A stretch of 64,000 bases of DNA from Fibrobacteria bacterium (GTDB lineage Bacteria > Fibrobacterota > Fibrobacteria > UBA11236 > JADFYW01). Under the pieces are notes generated by a model, which searched no databases, was not told the DNA's origin, and was given only the letters and a program-made list of their open reading frames with translations. The stretch lies in the NCBI GenBank assembly GCA_050294405.1, contig JBNKOC010000031.1, forward strand, positions 1-64,000, given 5' to 3'. Shown piece after piece: positions 60,381 to 64,000 of the stretch (the stretch's first letter is position 1; every line of letters starts with the position of its first letter). Made by a program: the position numbers and the translations under genes.

Positions 60381-61661
60381 ATGAGTAAAAAATTCGTTTA
60401 TATTTTTGAGTTGCCGTCATGGGTTGGAAGTTTTCAGCCATTTTCCGTAAACAATAGCAGCCTGGAAAATTTTGAAGGATGCTTTCAAATTCATATGCCC
60501 ATAAGTTTCACCTTGCAGAGCGGTATGTTTGGTGGCGAAGTAGAAGCCGACTTGGTATTTGATGGTTCCGAAGTCAGTTCACCCAATTTATTAGTTGAAA
60601 AATTACCTTTTTTGCCTAAACTAAATCGGGCTATTGAGTATGCTGAATGCGCCTTAAAGGGGGAACTCGATTTTATGGGTTTTAAGCAATCCATTGATTC
60701 CCTGTCCTTGCCCATTTCCCTTCGTGACGCCCTTATTAATCAGCTTTTTGAGTCAGCTCCCTATAATACCGGTCCAAGCACTATGTCAAAGCCGCAGTCC
60801 GAAAATGGCAATGGACTAAGCAAAATATTAACCCAAATGGATTTGGGCAGCGAAAAAACAGAGCCTAAATTAGCTGCCGAACAATTTGTAGAAGCCGCTG
60901 CGGAAGACAATACGGGTTTTATAATAAAAAAAGATACAGGTGAAGATTTTTTAAACGACCTTAAAAACTTAACTAAGGAAGTTCGTCGCCAGTTACTTGC
61001 TTCGCCACAACTTTGCGCCATATTCGATTTGTTTTTGAGCTTGTATACCTTGTCCAAGGCTTGCCGATCCAGAAACAAGCAGCATTTGTATGTTATTCCC
61101 GAGGGTGGGTTAAAAGAAGGTATGGCTACTGAGCTTAATGGTGTTTTTGGTGATTTCCATGTGGAATGCGTGGTGATCTATGGCGGGGACGCTATGCCGG
61201 AAACATCCACGCTATTAAATTGGGAAACCCAATGCTCTATGTTGGAAAGCCCGCTGTTTTTAAATTGGAAAATTGATTCCTTGGAAACAATTGATAAACT
61301 GGCCGAAATTCAAACCGCTTCCAACTACTCCCGCACTTATGTGTTTGGTGGATATGTGGCAATTAATCTGCAATACCGAGGAAACCAGTTGATAGGCTGG
61401 AAACCCTCTCATGTTAGTTTTTGTGAAGGGCTAATTCGTAACATGGAAGATGGATGGATGGTGCAGGGAGAGTATTATCGTTTGGAGGATCAGGGGGTTC
61501 TTGTGCAAAAAGGCAGGACATACGTTACTCAAGAGGTCTACAGCGAGGACGAATGGAGATTATGGGTGGAGCAAGGGGTTAATATGGTAAACTCCCAATG
61601 GAACTCTGATGTTGCGCTGTTTAAGCCTTTGGTGCCGCTAGCGGGAAATAAATTCTACTAA
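60381..61661 (+). CDS. Hypothetical protein, possibly a diverged TssB-TssC (contractile sheath) fusion
   Basis: Weak pattern similarity to TssB at the N-terminus and to TssC in the middle and C-terminus (see findings). Confidence 0.4.
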   Translation: MSKKFVYIFELPSWVGSFQPFSVNNSSLENFEGCFQIHMPISFTLQSGMFGGEVEADLVFDGSEVSSPNLLVEKLPFLPKLNRAIEYAECALKGELDFMGFKQSIDSLSLPISLRDALINQLFESAPYNTGPSTMSKPQSENGNGLSKILTQMDLGSEKTEPKLAAEQFVEAAAEDNTGFIIKKDTGEDFLNDLKNLTKEVRRQLLASPQLCAIFDLFLSLYTLSKACRSRNKQHLYVIPEGGLKEGMATELNGVFGDFHVECVVIYGGDAMPETSTLLNWETQCSMLESPLFLNWKIDSLETIDKLAEIQTASNYSRTYVFGGYVAINLQYRGNQLIGWKPSHVSFCEGLIRNMEDGWMVQGEYYRLEDQGVLVQKGRTYVTQEVYSEDEWRLWVEQGVNMVNSQWNSDVALFKPLVPLAGNKFY

Positions 61662-61934
61662 CTAATAGGCTTTCAGAAAATAAAGCACAATAAGTAACAA
61701 CAGGATAAACCCGGTAATTGAAACCCAATTAAGGGACTTTTTGCCAGAATTTTCGCCGAACTCCCTTTCCACACTTTCCTCATAATCAAAGGAATCTGGT
61801 GCCTCGGATGCAAATGGGTCGGCGTCTGGACTCCATCCGGTCTCGGAATCGCTTCCACAAAATTTACAGGATTTGGCCTTAAGAGGAAGCTCCTCCCCGC
61901 AATGAGGACAAACAAAATAATCAGACTCGTCCAA
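61662..61934 (-). CDS. Zinc-ribbon protein with C-terminal transmembrane helix
   Basis: CPHCG...CKFCGS, acidic linker, hydrophobic tail. Confidence 0.78.
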   Translation of the reverse strand: MDESDYFVCPHCGEELPLKAKSCKFCGSDSETGWSPDADPFASEAPDSFDYEESVEREFGENSGKKSLNWVSITGFILLLLIVLYFLKAY

Positions 61935-61936
61935 AG

Positions 61937-62578
61937 CTATTTTTCCACGGATTTGTACACCAAATGGAGCCCATCTCTAATGGTAAGCAAAACATGGTGG
62001 ACAGAGGGGTCCTTTGAAACCAAAGTATTAAGACTATGGATAGCCATGGATTCGGCATCTTTAGGGGATAAAACCCGGCCATCCCAAAAGCAATTATCTA
62101 AAACCATCGCCCCGCCGATTCTCAATTTTTTCAGGGCTGTTTCATAATATTGTGGATAATTTTCTTTATCTGCATCGATAAACACAAAGTCAAACGGCCC
62201 TTCCAGTTTTTTTAGGGAGTCGAGCGCTGGGCCATTAATTATTTCGATTTTTTTGCCATGGGGACTTTGCTGGTGGAATTTTTGTGCCAATTCCATATTT
62301 TCTTTGGAAAGTTCCAGACTCGTTAATTTTCCATCGTCACCCAAGTTTTCTGCCATAAATAGAGAAGAATATCCAGTGAAAGTTCCTATTTCCAAAACAC
62401 GTTTCGCAGCCAAAATTTTAACCATTAATCCAAGAAAATTGCCTACAAGGGGGCCGCAAAGCATTTCGGAATAAGGCACATTTTTTTCGGTATTTTCACG
62501 AATTTTTCTTAAAATGGGGGATTCTTCACTTGAAAACTCTTTGGCGTAACCTTCGATTTGGGAGGCAATGAGCTCCAT
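61937..62578 (-). CDS. O-methyltransferase (caffeoyl-CoA OMT / Methyltransf_3 family)
   Basis: VLEIGTFTGYS, FDFVFIDADKENY, VLDN, IRDG. Confidence 0.9.
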   Translation of the reverse strand: MELIASQIEGYAKEFSSEESPILRKIRENTEKNVPYSEMLCGPLVGNFLGLMVKILAAKRVLEIGTFTGYSSLFMAENLGDDGKLTSLELSKENMELAQKFHQQSPHGKKIEIINGPALDSLKKLEGPFDFVFIDADKENYPQYYETALKKLRIGGAMVLDNCFWDGRVLSPKDAESMAIHSLNTLVSKDPSVHHVLLTIRDGLHLVYKSVEK

Positions 62579-62721
62579 AGTATTTCCTTTAATTTTAGGG
62601 GAACTTTAAAATTACCAATGAAGCGGTCATAAATCCATTTTTTTTTGGATTTAATGGGGGGATAGGAGTAAAATATTTAGGCAAATAACTCCTGCACCGG
62701 AAAATTAGAATTGGATTCTAT

Positions 62722-64000
62722 GTGATTAGCTTTTTATTAATTATTGAGAATGAAAAAGAAGGGCATATTTTAAAGCAGGCATTTGAGCAATATGATATTA
62801 AAATCGTAATGTCCAAACCCACTTTTGCCAATTACATTCAAGCCGTTCAAACAAAGCCGAATATTGTCATTATTGAACTACCCAGAGATTGTAACCCGCA
62901 AAAAAAATTTGTGGGGATGTTAAAGGAAAATAATCAGGCTAAAAAAATACCAGTTTTAGGTTACGGGAACCATAACAAACAGTCCACCATTAAAACAATT
63001 CTTCAGGATGGCTTTAATGCTTATATGATAAGACCATTAAAGTTTATTCCTTTAACGGAATCCATCCAAAAACTTATTCCAGTTAAGCAGGATATTTTTA
63101 AACATAAAGCTGAAAAACAAGCATCGGACAGGGAAGATGATATCAAGTATCTTTTGGATTTATCCAAACCACCCATGGAAAAAATCGATTTGGTTGTGGG
63201 CTATGTTAAAAAGATGTTGGCCTTTCCCTTTACAGTGGCTAAAGTATTAAATGTAACATCAGATGAAAACTCGGGCGCCGGAGCTTTGGCCAAAGCCATA
63301 GAAGCTGACCCTGTAATCTCAGCCACAATACTAAAGGTAAGCAATACTGTAATTTTTGCCAGTCGCGATAAAGAAATCACCAGCGTTAAAGATGCGATTA
63401 TTCGAATTGGCTTTATGGAAACCCGAAATATAGCCCTAAGCCTTTCGGTGATGAAACTATTTGATAATGATAAAACTAACTTTGGATTTAGTAGGATTGA
63501 TTTTTGGTACCATAGTCTGGCAACGGGCCTGCTTGCAGAAAGGCTCGCCAAGAATACGGGTTTTCCCATAACCGGTGAAGCATTTTTAACAGGCCTGCTC
63601 CATGATTTTGGAGTAATATTACTGGATGAGTTTTTTAGTGATGTATTTCAAACAGTAATGGAGAAAACCACTGAGAATGGTTCCTGCTTTGTAGATGAGG
63701 TAGTGAACACTATCGGAATCAGCCACAACGATATAGTGGAACAACTGTTTGAAAACTGGAAGTTACCAGGAAGCATAGGTTTTGCCATTAAAAACCACAA
63801 TAATTTCCAAGGAGAAATTCCTGCTTCTACCCCAGACAACAAAGCCCTTACTCAGGTAGTGGGTATGGCAAATATGCTTACTAAGACATATATTCTGGGT
63901 ACAGAATGTGACAGGTTTATTCGTCCCATTGATGATATACATGTTAAAAAAATTAAATTGCCCCTGGGAATCACCCCTGCCATATTAAATTCTATTCATG
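62722..64000 (+). CDS. Pseudo-receiver plus HDOD domain protein, 3'-truncated (missing from the ORF track)
   Basis: Manual translation from GTG 62722 is open to the window end: ...PNIVIIELP...YMIRPL...MLAFPFTV...IEADPVISATILKVSN...AIIRIG...FWYHSLATG...GLLHDFG...NWKLP. Confidence 0.85.
   Translation, partial: MISFLLIIENEKEGHILKQAFEQYDIKIVMSKPTFANYIQAVQTKPNIVIIELPRDCNPQKKFVGMLKENNQAKKIPVLGYGNHNKQSTIKTILQDGFNAYMIRPLKFIPLTESIQKLIPVKQDIFKHKAEKQASDREDDIKYLLDLSKPPMEKIDLVVGYVKKMLAFPFTVAKVLNVTSDENSGAGALAKAIEADPVISATILKVSNTVIFASRDKEITSVKDAIIRIGFMETRNIALSLSVMKLFDNDKTNFGFSRIDFWYHSLATGLLAERLAKNTGFPITGEAFLTGLLHDFGVILLDEFFSDVFQTVMEKTTENGSCFVDEVVNTIGISHNDIVEQLFENWKLPGSIGFAIKNHNNFQGEIPASTPDNKALTQVVGMANMLTKTYILGTECDRFIRPIDDIHVKKIKLPLGITPAILNSIH

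Noticed and set aside
61937..62578. O-methyltransferase as the TrmR partner of the U32 tRNA hydroxylase
   Set aside because: The genes are ~58 kb apart and the family is broad. Nothing in the sequence supports tRNA specificity.
800..63842. Numerous 60-165 aa ORFs antisense or out of frame within long genes (e.g. 7732-8229, 31556-32002, 46124-46594, 63201-63569)
   Set aside because: Shadow ORFs of well-supported genes, with no recognisable motifs.
1..64000. CRISPR arrays, tRNA/rRNA genes, intact IS elements, prophage or defence genes
   Set aside because: No regularly spaced repeats, cloverleaf sequences, transposase/integrase or phage hallmark genes were seen on manual reading.

Overview
Gene-dense, AT-rich bacterial chromosomal window. 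No rRNA, tRNA, CRISPR array or intact mobile element is visible. Several secreted proteins end in T9SS-like or FlgD-Ig C-terminal domains, which suggests an FCB-group organism, possibly Fibrobacterota (inference). Contents in order: korA and a korB-CBS fusion; a U32/TrhP-like gene; lpdA; two giant paralogous surface proteins; a papain-like peptidase / RLAN-RimK / GCS2 / N-formylglutamate amidohydrolase cluster plus a cytochrome c; a 620-bp intergenic region with two convergent sigma54-type promoters, several hairpins and a bidirectional terminator (candidate ncRNA pair); an orphan solute-binding protein with a STAS protein; an MscS / degenerate ATPase / MscS operon; a PAS hybrid kinase and two REC-GGDEF-EAL genes; a barrel-SppA fusion, SDR and queD; a glucosylglycerate-type (gpgS) cluster led by a pseudo-peptidase; four tandem signal-peptide diheme c-type cytochromes with T9SS-like tails; an RND pump; dinB; an orphan TssB/TssC-like protein; an O-methyltransferase; and a truncated pseudo-receiver/HDOD gene. 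The best candidates for an undescribed system are the secreted diheme cytochrome array (47.1-53.3 kb) and the sigma54-associated ncRNA pair (20.85-21.26 kb). All family calls come from motif recognition by eye, not from database searches.
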